From contig JBDRQD010000015.1 in assembly GCA_043826455.1 (NCBI GenBank), forward strand, positions 192,001 to 256,000: DNA of 64,000 bases, in the 5' to 3' direction. Source of the stretch: Candidatus Bathyarchaeota archaeon. GTDB taxonomy: Archaea > Thermoproteota > Bathyarchaeia > TCS64. Position numbers and translations under genes: made by a program. This document shows, one piece after another, positions 9,462-18,375 of this stretch (positions within the stretch are counted from its first letter, which is position 1; each line of letters starts with the position of its first letter). The notes beneath the pieces were generated by a model that had not been told where the DNA came from, did no database searches, and was given only the letters and a program-made list of their open reading frames with translations.

Positions 9462-10454
9462 CTACAGCATCTTCTCAGCGACATCCACCAGTCGGCAGCA
9501 GTAGCCCCACTCGTTGTCGTACCAAGCCAACACCTTCACCGTCTTGCCCATGCTTCTGGTCTCCAGGCTGTCCAGAACCGCGGAGTAGGAGCTGTGAACA
9601 TAGTCAACAGACACCAGCGGCTCGTCACTGTAGCCCAGTATTCCTTTGAGCTTACCCTCGGAAGCCTTCTTGAAGGCGGCGTTGACGTCCTCCACCGAGA
9701 CCTGGCTCTCAAGGTTGGCCACAAAGTCCACCACGCTAACGTCTGGGGTGGGCACCCTGAAGGATATGCCGTCCAGCTTGCCGTCAAGCTCGGGCATGAC
9801 CTCCCCTATGGCCTTGGTGACCCCTGTCGTCGTGGGGATGATGCTCAGCGCAGCGGCCCGGGCCCTCCTGAGGTCCTTGCTGCTCTTATCCAGAACCACC
9901 TGAGTATTGGTGTAGGCGTGGATGGTGGACATATACCCGTTGACGATGCCGAAGCTATCGTGGAGCACCTTGGCGACGGGCGCGAGACAGTTAGTGGTGC
10001 AGGACGCGTTGGAGACGATGTGATGCTTCTTGGCGTCGTAGAGGTGGTCGTTGACCCCGAGCACCACCGTCAAGTCGGGCTTTTTAGCAGGCGCCGCTAT
10101 CAGCACCTTCCTAGCCCCCGCTTTCAGGTGCTTGCTCGCGCCTTCCCGGTCCTTGTAGACGTCGCTGCACTCCAACACCAGGTCCACGTCCAGCTCCCTC
10201 CACGGCAGCCTCTCGGCGTCGCTCTCGTAGAGCACCTTCACAGGTTTACCATCCACCACCATGGTGTCCCCTTCCACCTCCACAGTGAAGGGGGCTCTCC
10301 CGTGCACACTGTCATATTTCAGGAGGTGGCTTAGGGTCTCCGCGTCACCCCTGTTCACGGCGACGAACTCCAAATCCTTGTTTAGCTCAATGGCGGCCCT
10401 CAGGGCCAGACGCCCGGTTCTACCGAACCCGTTGATGGCAACCTTCACACCCAA
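9462..10454 (-). CDS. gap: Class I (bacterial-type) glyceraldehyde-3-phosphate dehydrogenase
   Basis: INGFGRTGR, YDSVHG, SNASCTTNCLAP, TIHAYT, RVPT, WYDNEWGY. TTG start at 10454. Confidence 0.95.
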   Translation of the reverse strand: MGVKVAINGFGRTGRLALRAAIELNKDLEFVAVNRGDAETLSHLLKYDSVHGRAPFTVEVEGDTMVVDGKPVKVLYESDAERLPWRELDVDLVLECSDVYKDREGASKHLKAGARKVLIAAPAKKPDLTVVLGVNDHLYDAKKHHIVSNASCTTNCLAPVAKVLHDSFGIVNGYMSTIHAYTNTQVVLDKSSKDLRRARAAALSIIPTTTGVTKAIGEVMPELDGKLDGISFRVPTPDVSVVDFVANLESQVSVEDVNAAFKKASEGKLKGILGYSDEPLVSVDYVHSSYSAVLDSLETRSMGKTVKVLAWYDNEWGYCCRLVDVAEKML

Positions 10455-10531
10455 ATTCCATGCCTCGGTTAAACGCGGGTTCACGGCTTCTTAAGATTAA
10501 CCTGTTCGGGAACCTTTTTATTCTTAGAACG

Positions 10532-10710
10532 GTGAGAGATAGGCGAGCGTCAAAAAGGAGACGCGTAAATCAAAGGATCACTCTCACTCGCAGGGGGAAC
10601 CGGAAATCTATGGTTCTCCTGCAATCAAGTCCGTGGCATAGGAAGAAGGGTTTGATTCTATCACACCCGAGCAGGCCCAGGAAGAGCGGTGGCCTCTGCG
10701 GTAAGGGTGA
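10532..10710 (+). promoter_or_regulatory. Candidate structured 5' leader or ncRNA upstream of dnaG (four consecutive stem-loops)
   Basis: Pairings read by eye: GTGAGAG/CTCTCAC enclosing GCGTC/GACGC; GCAGGGGGAACC/GGTTCTCCTGC; AATCAAGTCC/GGGTTTGATT; TCACACCC..GCAGGCC/GGCCTCTGC..GGGTGA. Confidence 0.45.
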
Positions 10711-10744
10711 CACAGACAAAGACAGACAATAGAGATGATCAAAA

Positions 10745-11914
10745 GTGAAAGACACAGAGAAGTTCGCGGGCGCAAAATACGTAATTAAAGCAACATTCAC
10801 CGTGGACGGCGTCGTGGAGAAGCACGACGTCATCGGGGCCATCTTCGGCCAGACCGAAGGCCTCTTCCCCAAGGAGTTCGAGCTACGCGAGCTGCAGAAA
10901 TCAGGAAAGATCGGAAGAATCGACATAGAACTATCCTCAGCCAAAGACAAGACCACAGGCACCATCATCGCCCCCAGTAGCCTAGACAGAGCCGAGACAG
11001 CCATCATTGCCGCGGCCATGGAGACCGTGGACAGGGTAGGCCCCTGCGAGTCCACCGTTAAGATACAGCAGATAGCCGATGTCCGGAGCGAGAAAAGATC
11101 CCAGATAGTTCAGAGAGCCAAGGAGCTCATGAGAGGCTGGGTCGTCAAGGACAGCCAGGAGATCGACAAGCTCCTGGACGAGGTTCAGCGAGAGGACAAG
11201 AAGGTCAAGGCCATCCACTACGGGCGTGAGAGGCTCACAGCCACCCCCGACATAAGCAAGAGCGACGAGATCATCGTCGTGGAGGGCAGGGCCGACGTCA
11301 ACAACCTCATCAAGAGCGGCGTCACCGGCGTCATAGCATTGGAGGGCGTCAAGGTCCCCAACACCATAAAGAACCTGACCCAGAAGAAGGACGTCACGGC
11401 CTTCCTTGATGGGGACAGGGGCGGTGACCTCATCCTCCAGGAGATGATGCAGGTAGCCAAGCCCACCTACGTAGCCCGGGCACCCCGAGGCAAGGAGGTG
11501 GAGGAGCTGACCCCAGAGGAGATCCGTGAGGCCTTGGCAAACAAGGTCCCCATAGTTGAAGCCGGAGCCAAGCCGATGCCCCCGGAGGAGGCCCCAGCCA
11601 AGAAGGTTTCCCCTGAGAAGATCGCTGCCAGGAACGAGCTGGTCGAGGTGGCCAACGGCCTCAGAGGCACCTTGGAGGCGGTCCTCCTTAAGAGCGACGG
11701 GTCCCAGGCCGGCCGCATGCCTGTAAGTGAGCTTGTGGACAAGCTCAAGGACGCAGAGGGCGTGTCCGTGGTGGTATTCGACGGCATTGTTACCGGTAGG
11801 CTCATCGACACGGCCAAGGATAAGAACGTCAACACCATAGTGGGCGAACGGGTGGCCGAGGGAGTAAGGATCCCTCGGGGCCTGGACGTGAAATCTTTCC
11901 GAGACCTTAACTAA
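10745..11914 (+). CDS. dnaG: Archaeal DnaG (TOPRIM primase-like, exosome-associated)
   Basis: VDGVVEK.DVIGAIFGQTEGL, LRELQKSGKIGRI, DRVGPC, IIVVEGRADV, FLDGDRGG, VFDGIVT.RL. Confidence 0.95.
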   Translation: MKDTEKFAGAKYVIKATFTVDGVVEKHDVIGAIFGQTEGLFPKEFELRELQKSGKIGRIDIELSSAKDKTTGTIIAPSSLDRAETAIIAAAMETVDRVGPCESTVKIQQIADVRSEKRSQIVQRAKELMRGWVVKDSQEIDKLLDEVQREDKKVKAIHYGRERLTATPDISKSDEIIVVEGRADVNNLIKSGVTGVIALEGVKVPNTIKNLTQKKDVTAFLDGDRGGDLILQEMMQVAKPTYVARAPRGKEVEELTPEEIREALANKVPIVEAGAKPMPPEEAPAKKVSPEKIAARNELVEVANGLRGTLEAVLLKSDGSQAGRMPVSELVDKLKDAEGVSVVVFDGIVTGRLIDTAKDKNVNTIVGERVAEGVRIPRGLDVKSFRDLN

Positions 11915-11919
11915 ACCCC

Positions 11920-12606
11920 TTATTTTCTTTTTCTAAGCCTTCTACGAAGCGCAGCCTTACCGTCAGCCAACTCCATGAAGACCGTTGAGATGTCCTCGTC
12001 CTCGGCGAGCTCTCGTTTCAGGTAGACGCCGGTCCGGCCCACCTTCTCCCGGCGCTCAAGGGTCCTGACCCTCTCCAGCACTATCCTGGTGTCCACTCCT
12101 AGCTTGGACGCCACGACTCCTTCGACGCCCTTCACGGGGGTCTCCCTATGTCCTCTATCTGTGGGTTCTACCAGAATGAGCCTCTTGTCCACGCCGGGCA
12201 CTCGCTTCTCCTCCTGCAGCTCCTTGTAGGTTATGGCGCCCGCGAAGGAGTAGAACTCCGCCTCGTTGGGTCTGAGGTTCACTAGTGGGTAGCTGTAGCC
12301 GCGTCTGTCGTCCGTGTAGAGGTACGCCTTGGCCGCGTAGCTGGGTGTCGCCTGGATGATCTCTCTGCTGTTTATTCGTACGCCGTGCCTCTCCAGGGCG
12401 GCTTCGACTATGGCTGGGGCCGGGGGTGTGGGTAGAAATATGTCTATGTCGCTTCCGCTGGTCACGTCGCCTCTGGCGATGCTTCCGTAGACCAGGGGCT
12501 CCAGGTGGGCTTTCACCAGGGGCTCCATCATGCGGCCCGCCTCCGCACGTAGAGCTTTCAGGAGGGTCCAGTGGGCCTCAGTGTAGGTGACTTCTACGCC
12601 GTTCAT
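11920..12606 (-). CDS. Conserved archaeal Pol-beta-superfamily nucleotidyltransferase
   Basis: YGSIARGDV..GSDIDI, RVPGVDKRLIL, ER.RTL.RR...GRTGV. Confidence 0.85.
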   Translation of the reverse strand: MNGVEVTYTEAHWTLLKALRAEAGRMMEPLVKAHLEPLVYGSIARGDVTSGSDIDIFLPTPPAPAIVEAALERHGVRINSREIIQATPSYAAKAYLYTDDRRGYSYPLVNLRPNEAEFYSFAGAITYKELQEEKRVPGVDKRLILVEPTDRGHRETPVKGVEGVVASKLGVDTRIVLERVRTLERREKVGRTGVYLKRELAEDEDISTVFMELADGKAALRRRLRKRK

Positions 12607-12669
12607 GGAGGGGTCATGTAGAACTGGGGGCGGTCGCCTTATATTTTAAGCCTCGTCCACATATGCTGC

Positions 12670-13512
12670 ATGGCCTCGGAGCAGACGTTTACCCTCGCCT
12701 TCATCGTCGTTGCCTGGTTCCTATTCTACTTCCTGGCTAAGAAGATGAAGCTGGATGAGAGGGGGTGGGATGTCCAGCCTTACTATGCTCTCTATAAGTC
12801 CACGAAGCTGAACGACCTCATCAAGAGGATCGCTGGGTGGAACCCGGGCTTCTGGCGGGTTCTGGGTAACATCGGGATAGCTGCTAGCGTCGGGCAGGTC
12901 ACCTTCCTCACATATATCCTGAGCAGGAACCTGTGGAACTTCGTCTTCAGGCCTGAGCAGGCGTCGCCCGTGCAGCCTCTCATCCCTGGGGTCACCATAA
13001 GCGTGAACAGCCTTCCATGGTTTCTATTGGGGGCGGGGATCATCATTCTCACCCACGAGATCGGCCACGGCCTCATGTGTGTGGTGGAGGGCATCCCTGT
13101 GAAGTCGTCGGCCCTCATGTTGGCGGTGGTGACCTTTGGCGGGGCCGTGGAGCCGGATGAGGAGGGCATGGAGAGGGCCAGCGTCATGAGCAGGATGCGG
13201 GTCTTCGCCATAGGCAGCCTCATCAACCTGTTGACGGGGCTATTTACTATTCCCGTGTTCATAGCATTCGGGCGTGTCCTGCCCTCGCAGCTGCTGGCGT
13301 TTCTGAACTGGCTTTACTTTATCTCCATCAACTTGGCCATGATGAACATGTTGCCCATTGGGCCCTTGGATGGGGGGCAGATGTGGCGTACCTTCACAGG
13401 CTCCATGAGGAATGGGGCGTTTCTTCAGAGTGCGGCCTCTTATGGGTTCATATCCTTGATATTGATGAATCTGGGGTTGAGTTTGGCTACCTTCGGGTGG
13501 GTGCCCATCTAG
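12670..13512 (+). CDS. Site-2 protease (M50 intramembrane metalloprotease)
   Basis: HEIGH, GGAVEPDE, NMLPIGPLDGG, multiple TM segments. Confidence 0.92.
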   Translation: MASEQTFTLAFIVVAWFLFYFLAKKMKLDERGWDVQPYYALYKSTKLNDLIKRIAGWNPGFWRVLGNIGIAASVGQVTFLTYILSRNLWNFVFRPEQASPVQPLIPGVTISVNSLPWFLLGAGIIILTHEIGHGLMCVVEGIPVKSSALMLAVVTFGGAVEPDEEGMERASVMSRMRVFAIGSLINLLTGLFTIPVFIAFGRVLPSQLLAFLNWLYFISINLAMMNMLPIGPLDGGQMWRTFTGSMRNGAFLQSAASYGFISLILMNLGLSLATFGWVPI

Positions 13513-13789
13513 GGTTTTTTGTTTCTCGTCGCGTGTGCGTGGGGGGAGGGGGGGGGACCGTCACCGCCACCGCGATTCACGGTTTTTAAGCTTGTTTTGT
13601 GTTTTGGAGGCTTTTTACGGGTTTTTGGGCGGTGGCGGAGGGTGTCAGTGGAGTGTAGTTGTCGCCGCGGTTTTATGCATAGGGTGGGTGGCCTCTTCTG
13701 GGTGGGACGTGGGGTTCGTTGCGGTTTTGGGATTAACTGATGCGGGTTTGGAGGCGGCGTTGTATCCCGCCGCCGGGGTCTGGCGGGCT

Positions 13790-15049
13790 TTAAGGGGCCT
13801 TGGGCCCTGTTTTGAGTCCCTCGGGTTTCTCCGTGTTGTGCTCCAGTCTGTTGGGCTCTGGGACGCCTAGTAGGGTTATGACGAAGCAGATGGCCGCGGT
13901 GGCCGCGCCTATTAGGAAGATGACGCCGAAGCCCCGGGTGTCCTTGATCCATCCGCTGAGGACGGCGCCCATGGTGCTGCTCTCGTCCACGATGGTCATG
14001 TATAGGCCCATGCCGAAGCCCCGTATCTCGGGCCTCATAAGGTCGGCGGCGTAGGTCCGGGTGCTGGTCTGAAGCACGGCGTTGCTGATGCTCTCCAGGG
14101 CCCTGATGACCAGGACGTGCTCGAAGGCCCTCACCTGGGTGTAGCCCAGCATGGTGACTACCAGGAGCACTATGCCGCCGAGGAACACGGGTTTCCGGCC
14201 GACACGGTCCAGGAGGTACCCCACAATTGGGGCGAATATAAGGGTCATGAGGGCCCTGATGGCGAAGAGGTAGCTGATGCTGCCCATGTCGAAGCCCAGG
14301 TCGTTCTTAAGGTAGCTGCTCAGCAGGGGGTTCACCATGGTGTTTCCCGTCCTGTAGACCAGGATGGCTACCAGGAATATGGCGACGTATCTGCCGAGGC
14401 TCCTGATGTCGGAGCCCAGGGTCTTCAGGTTGACGTCGTGCCCGGCTCTGGACCTCTGGTGCTCGGCCACCGAGTCGGGGCGCGTCTCCTTCACCAGCAG
14501 GAATATCATCACGGCGCTTATGGACACGAAGACGCCGCAGAACAGGAAGTACTCGTAGAAGGTGTACTGGGCGAGCAGGAAACCCGCGACGAGGGGCCCG
14601 ATGAGCTGGCCGACGCCGTTGGACATGGTGTACATGGCCATGGCCTTTCCCCTCTGCCTGGAGGGGTAGATGTCCGCCACCATGGTGGTGATAGCCACTG
14701 GGGTCATGTAGAAGGCGAAGCCCTCTATGAACCTCAGGACGGCGAAGGTGGTGAAGTCCTTGCCCGCGAAGGCGAACAGGAAGAAGACCACAGCGTAGAT
14801 GAGGACGCCCCCGAAGAGTATGGGCTTCCTGCCGTGGCTATCACTGTACTTGCCCGCGATGACGCTGCTTATGATGCCGGCGAAGGTGCCCACGGATATG
14901 AGCAGCCCCACCTGCGTTCCACTCATGCCGTGGTCCTCGAAGAAGACCGGCAGCACCATGTAGATGGTGCTGGTGGTGACAAACATGGAGACCATGGACA
15001 GCACAATCAGGTAATAGTTCACTTTCTGGGCCTGCGATGGTTCAGACAT
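13790..15049 (-). CDS. MFS transporter
   Basis: About 12 TM segments, with motif A variants GKYSDSHGRKP and GYLLDRVGRKP. Confidence 0.92.
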   Translation of the reverse strand: MSEPSQAQKVNYYLIVLSMVSMFVTTSTIYMVLPVFFEDHGMSGTQVGLLISVGTFAGIISSVIAGKYSDSHGRKPILFGGVLIYAVVFFLFAFAGKDFTTFAVLRFIEGFAFYMTPVAITTMVADIYPSRQRGKAMAMYTMSNGVGQLIGPLVAGFLLAQYTFYEYFLFCGVFVSISAVMIFLLVKETRPDSVAEHQRSRAGHDVNLKTLGSDIRSLGRYVAIFLVAILVYRTGNTMVNPLLSSYLKNDLGFDMGSISYLFAIRALMTLIFAPIVGYLLDRVGRKPVFLGGIVLLVVTMLGYTQVRAFEHVLVIRALESISNAVLQTSTRTYAADLMRPEIRGFGMGLYMTIVDESSTMGAVLSGWIKDTRGFGVIFLIGAATAAICFVITLLGVPEPNRLEHNTEKPEGLKTGPKAP

Positions 15050-15124
15050 CCCCACACTGCGCCTCGATACAGTTCAGCATGGGGGCCCAGCCGACAATAT
15101 AAGGTTTCGCCGCGACTCACAACG

Positions 15125-15130
15125 TTTAAA
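15125..15130 (+). promoter_or_regulatory. TATA-box candidate for SRP RNA
   Basis: TTTAAA beginning 26 nt upstream of the SRP RNA 5' helix. Confidence 0.55.
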
Positions 15131-15150
15131 CCAACGCGGGTTTAGGAATA

Positions 15151-15477
15151 GGTGCAGCGGTAGGTAGGACCGGGGAGCTAGCCCTGCCCCCACGCCTCTA
15201 ACGGGCTACAAGAGGGGTCAGTAACCTTCAATGGGATCGGGGGCGCGGCGCGTAAGGCGCACCGCCCTCCGTCGATGTCCTGCCCCGCGGGGCCGGCGGC
15301 TGCCCCGCTTGCACTCGTAGGGGTGCAGGCGGGCACTCGACGGGCGAACCTGGCCAGGCCCGGGAGGGAGCAACCTAAGTCCGAACGTTTGGCGCTCGCG
15401 GGATCACGGGGCGGAGGAGGGTAATGCGAGTCTGCACGCCGTCAACCCGTGAACGGAGGGGGGGCTGCCGCTGCACC
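15151..15477 (+). ncRNA. ffs: Archaeal signal recognition particle 7S RNA
   Basis: Terminal helix GGTGCAGCGGTAG/CTGCCGCTGCACC; helix 6 with GTAG tetraloop; helix 8 CCAGGCCC-GGGA-GGGAGCAA; about 327 nt. Confidence 0.93.
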
Positions 15478-15494
15478 TGTGTGGTGGCCCAGTT

Positions 15495-16793
15495 TTGTCA
15501 AGGATAAGGGACCTGTTCTTCGACGAGTTCTACGACGAGCTTGAGCGCGTGGCCGTCGGTTTAGAGAAGGAGGAGGCGCCGGAGGGGCCACCCCTTCTCG
15601 CTGAGGAGGTTAAGCGTAGATGGCACGGGTTCAGCCCCGACCCGGAGGGCAGAGAGGGGGCACTGGTGTCTGTAGATGGGGGCGTCCAGTTCAGCAGCTT
15701 CGCCTACGGGGACTTCGTGTCCGTGGGCCGCGCCTGCGCCCTCACCCACTGGCCCGGCCGCGAGCAGCCCGTCTCCAAGGACGTGAAGATATACGTGGGG
15801 GAGGTCTTCGACGACAGGGACAGGGGCTTCATACCAGGCTACGTCAGAATGATCACAGAGTACAGGGTGGCCTACCAGGCGGCCTCCAGGGTTCTGGAGC
15901 AGGGGGGACTGCCCGTGGTCCTCATGGACGGGTCCCTGTACTTCGGAAGGTTCCCCTACGCCGTCAGGGAGTACCTTCATCATGGTGAGCTTCTCACAGA
16001 GCTCTTCGACGCCATCACGGGGCTCAGGTGCCTGGCCAGGGACCACGGGTTCCCCTTGGTGGGTGTCACTAAGGATTCCACAGTCTTCTACATGTACATG
16101 GCTTTGATGAGGAAGGCCGTGTTGGACGCAGGATTAGGGTGGATGGGGGCCGACGTGAAGGAGGCGTCCAGCCCCCTTAGCCTCAGACTAAAGGCGGAGC
16201 AGTGGCACCCGGACAAGCGGGCCCAGGCTGAGGTCTTCCTGGAGAGGAGGCCCCTCTGTGACACGGCCCTAGTCAACGAGGTGGCGAAGGGGGAGGGCTA
16301 CACCCAGCCGCTGCTGCTGGCCCCCTCCATCTACTATGGCAGGGACACGGGCACCCCCGACCTCTATAAAAGAATCAGGAACAATGTGGGGGACCTGAAG
16401 GCCGACCCCATGATCAGGGCCCTCGAAGGGTTCTTCAAGTGCCCGGGCGTGGCCGTCACCTACTGGAGGCCCAGCGATAAGGCGAGGCCCTTCAGGGTAG
16501 ATGTCTCGGCGTCCTGGCTGGGGCACAGCGACCCCTGGGACAAGCTGAAGTCCAACATGTTCGTGGACCCGGGCACCGACCTAAAACCGTTGGAGATGGT
16601 GCTCAACCACCTGGGGTACTGGCACGTGAACCCCATAGAGTACAACGTGCCGCTGATGCAGGCCGACATGCTGGCCAGGTTCGACCGAGAGCTTTACAGG
16701 CAGAAGTACGAACCATTTATTGTGAAGAGGCTGGAGCGGGCGGGCCTCCTGGTCACCGACTCCAGGCGCGACATAAGGGAGGTAGACGGATGA
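15495..16793 (+). CDS. nurA: NurA DNA double-strand break repair nuclease
   Basis: VSVDGG, LMDGSL, GVTKDS, Y.VPL.QAD.LAR. First gene of an operon with herA/mre11/rad50. Confidence 0.85.
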   Translation: MSRIRDLFFDEFYDELERVAVGLEKEEAPEGPPLLAEEVKRRWHGFSPDPEGREGALVSVDGGVQFSSFAYGDFVSVGRACALTHWPGREQPVSKDVKIYVGEVFDDRDRGFIPGYVRMITEYRVAYQAASRVLEQGGLPVVLMDGSLYFGRFPYAVREYLHHGELLTELFDAITGLRCLARDHGFPLVGVTKDSTVFYMYMALMRKAVLDAGLGWMGADVKEASSPLSLRLKAEQWHPDKRAQAEVFLERRPLCDTALVNEVAKGEGYTQPLLLAPSIYYGRDTGTPDLYKRIRNNVGDLKADPMIRALEGFFKCPGVAVTYWRPSDKARPFRVDVSASWLGHSDPWDKLKSNMFVDPGTDLKPLEMVLNHLGYWHVNPIEYNVPLMQADMLARFDRELYRQKYEPFIVKRLERAGLLVTDSRRDIREVDG

Positions 16794-18367
16794 AAGAGTA
16801 CGGGCTGATTGTGGGTCAGAGCAACCCAAGCTTCTACGAGTTCAACATCATCGACCCTGACTACAGGCCGGTGAACTACGAGTACGTCCAGGTGGAGGTG
16901 GAGGAGTTCAAGCCCGACGGCTCCCGGGAGAAGCACCAGGTCCTGGGCCAGGTCAAGTCCCTCACGGCCAGGCACCCCTTCTACGACCAGCGCACCACCC
17001 CCGGCGCCGCCTGGAGGCAGCGGGAGCTGGGCGTCGCCGAGGACATGATCCAGGTCATAGCCTCCGCCAAGGTCCTGGGCTACATAATCGAGGAGGGAGG
17101 CCGGAGAGACGTGAGGCGCCCCAGGTCGCCCCCCATGCCCGGGACTCCGGTACATAGGGCGAGCGACGAGCTCCTACAGCAGCTGTTCACCGTGCCCGAG
17201 GACGAACTGCCCCTGGACGTGGGCAGCCTCCTCCACAGGCAGCAGATCAAGATACCCATCAGTGGCAGGGAGCTCCACAGGCACACCGCGGTCCTCGCTA
17301 TGACTCGGTACGGTAAGAGCTACTTCGCGGGCCGCATCATAGAGCAGCTCCTCAAGCAGGGGGCCACCATCCTAACCATAGACGCCCACGGCGACTACGC
17401 CAACATGACATTGGACGCCCAGGGCAGGCAGCACCCCCTCTTCTGGGACAAAGTCAAGGTCTTCAGGCCCGAGGCGGCCGAGTACTTCGAGGGGCCCCAC
17501 GTCAGGCCCCTCCGCCTCAGTGTATCCGGGTGCAGCCTGGGCGAGCTCTGCGCCCTGGCTAGGATAACGGGCGCCAAACAAAAGCTTGTCCTTAAACGAG
17601 CTATAAAGAGGATAAACTCAGTTAGCTACACACTCGATCAAATTATAGATGAATTGGAGAAGGAATATGATCAAGAGACCGCAGAAAATCAGAAAAGAAT
17701 ATCAGACATCATGAATTACATCGACGATTTAAACGATTGGGGGATTTTTACAGAGGGAGACTTGGATATTAAGGATTTATTCAAACCCATGCAGATGAAC
17801 GACATTTACCTAAGTGGCATCAGCGACTACGTCCAAGATGTTCTCGTGGGAATGATACTGAGACGTGTATTCGATGCCAAGTTCAAGCGGAAGCCCTGGG
17901 CCAGGCTCCCCATATTTATATTTGTGGAGGAGGCCCACAGGTTCGCGGCGCCCCCCGACATGGGTGGCGGTAGGTTCAGCCGTGACATCCTGGCACGTAT
18001 CGCAGCGGAGGGGGCTAAGTTCGGTGTCTTCCTCACTATCATCAGCCAGAGGCCCCGGAAGATAGACCCCGACATCCTCAGCAACTGCAGTAACCTGGCC
18101 ATCCTCAGGGTCGTCAACAACACGGACCAGCACACCATACAGGCGGCCAGCGAGAGCTTCAGCGAGGACCTGCTGGACGACCTACCCGCCTTGGAGCAGG
18201 GGGAAGCCGTATTGGTAGGCCCCTTTGTCCCGGTGCCAGTGATGATAAAGACGGCCACCAGGGAGACTAAGCATGGGGGCACCACACCCGACGTCTTCGG
18301 GCTCCTCAAGGAGGCCAGAAACCAGCTTGAGGAAGAGGAAGAGAAGAAGAGCATACGGCTCCACTAG
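16790..18367 (+). CDS. herA: HerA helicase/ATPase
   Basis: HAS-barrel-like N-terminus, RHTAVLAMTRYGKS (Walker A), IDAHGDY, IFVEEAH, EGAKFGV, SQRP. Confidence 0.92.
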   Translation: MKEYGLIVGQSNPSFYEFNIIDPDYRPVNYEYVQVEVEEFKPDGSREKHQVLGQVKSLTARHPFYDQRTTPGAAWRQRELGVAEDMIQVIASAKVLGYIIEEGGRRDVRRPRSPPMPGTPVHRASDELLQQLFTVPEDELPLDVGSLLHRQQIKIPISGRELHRHTAVLAMTRYGKSYFAGRIIEQLLKQGATILTIDAHGDYANMTLDAQGRQHPLFWDKVKVFRPEAAEYFEGPHVRPLRLSVSGCSLGELCALARITGAKQKLVLKRAIKRINSVSYTLDQIIDELEKEYDQETAENQKRISDIMNYIDDLNDWGIFTEGDLDIKDLFKPMQMNDIYLSGISDYVQDVLVGMILRRVFDAKFKRKPWARLPIFIFVEEAHRFAAPPDMGGGRFSRDILARIAAEGAKFGVFLTIISQRPRKIDPDILSNCSNLAILRVVNNTDQHTIQAASESFSEDLLDDLPALEQGEAVLVGPFVPVPVMIKTATRETKHGGTTPDVFGLLKEARNQLEEEEEKKSIRLH

Positions 18368-18375
18368 GTGATGTC

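Noticed and set aside
13509..13952. 147-aa Pro/Arg-rich minus-strand ORF
   Set aside because: Low-complexity translation of skewed intergenic DNA overlapping the MFS gene end.
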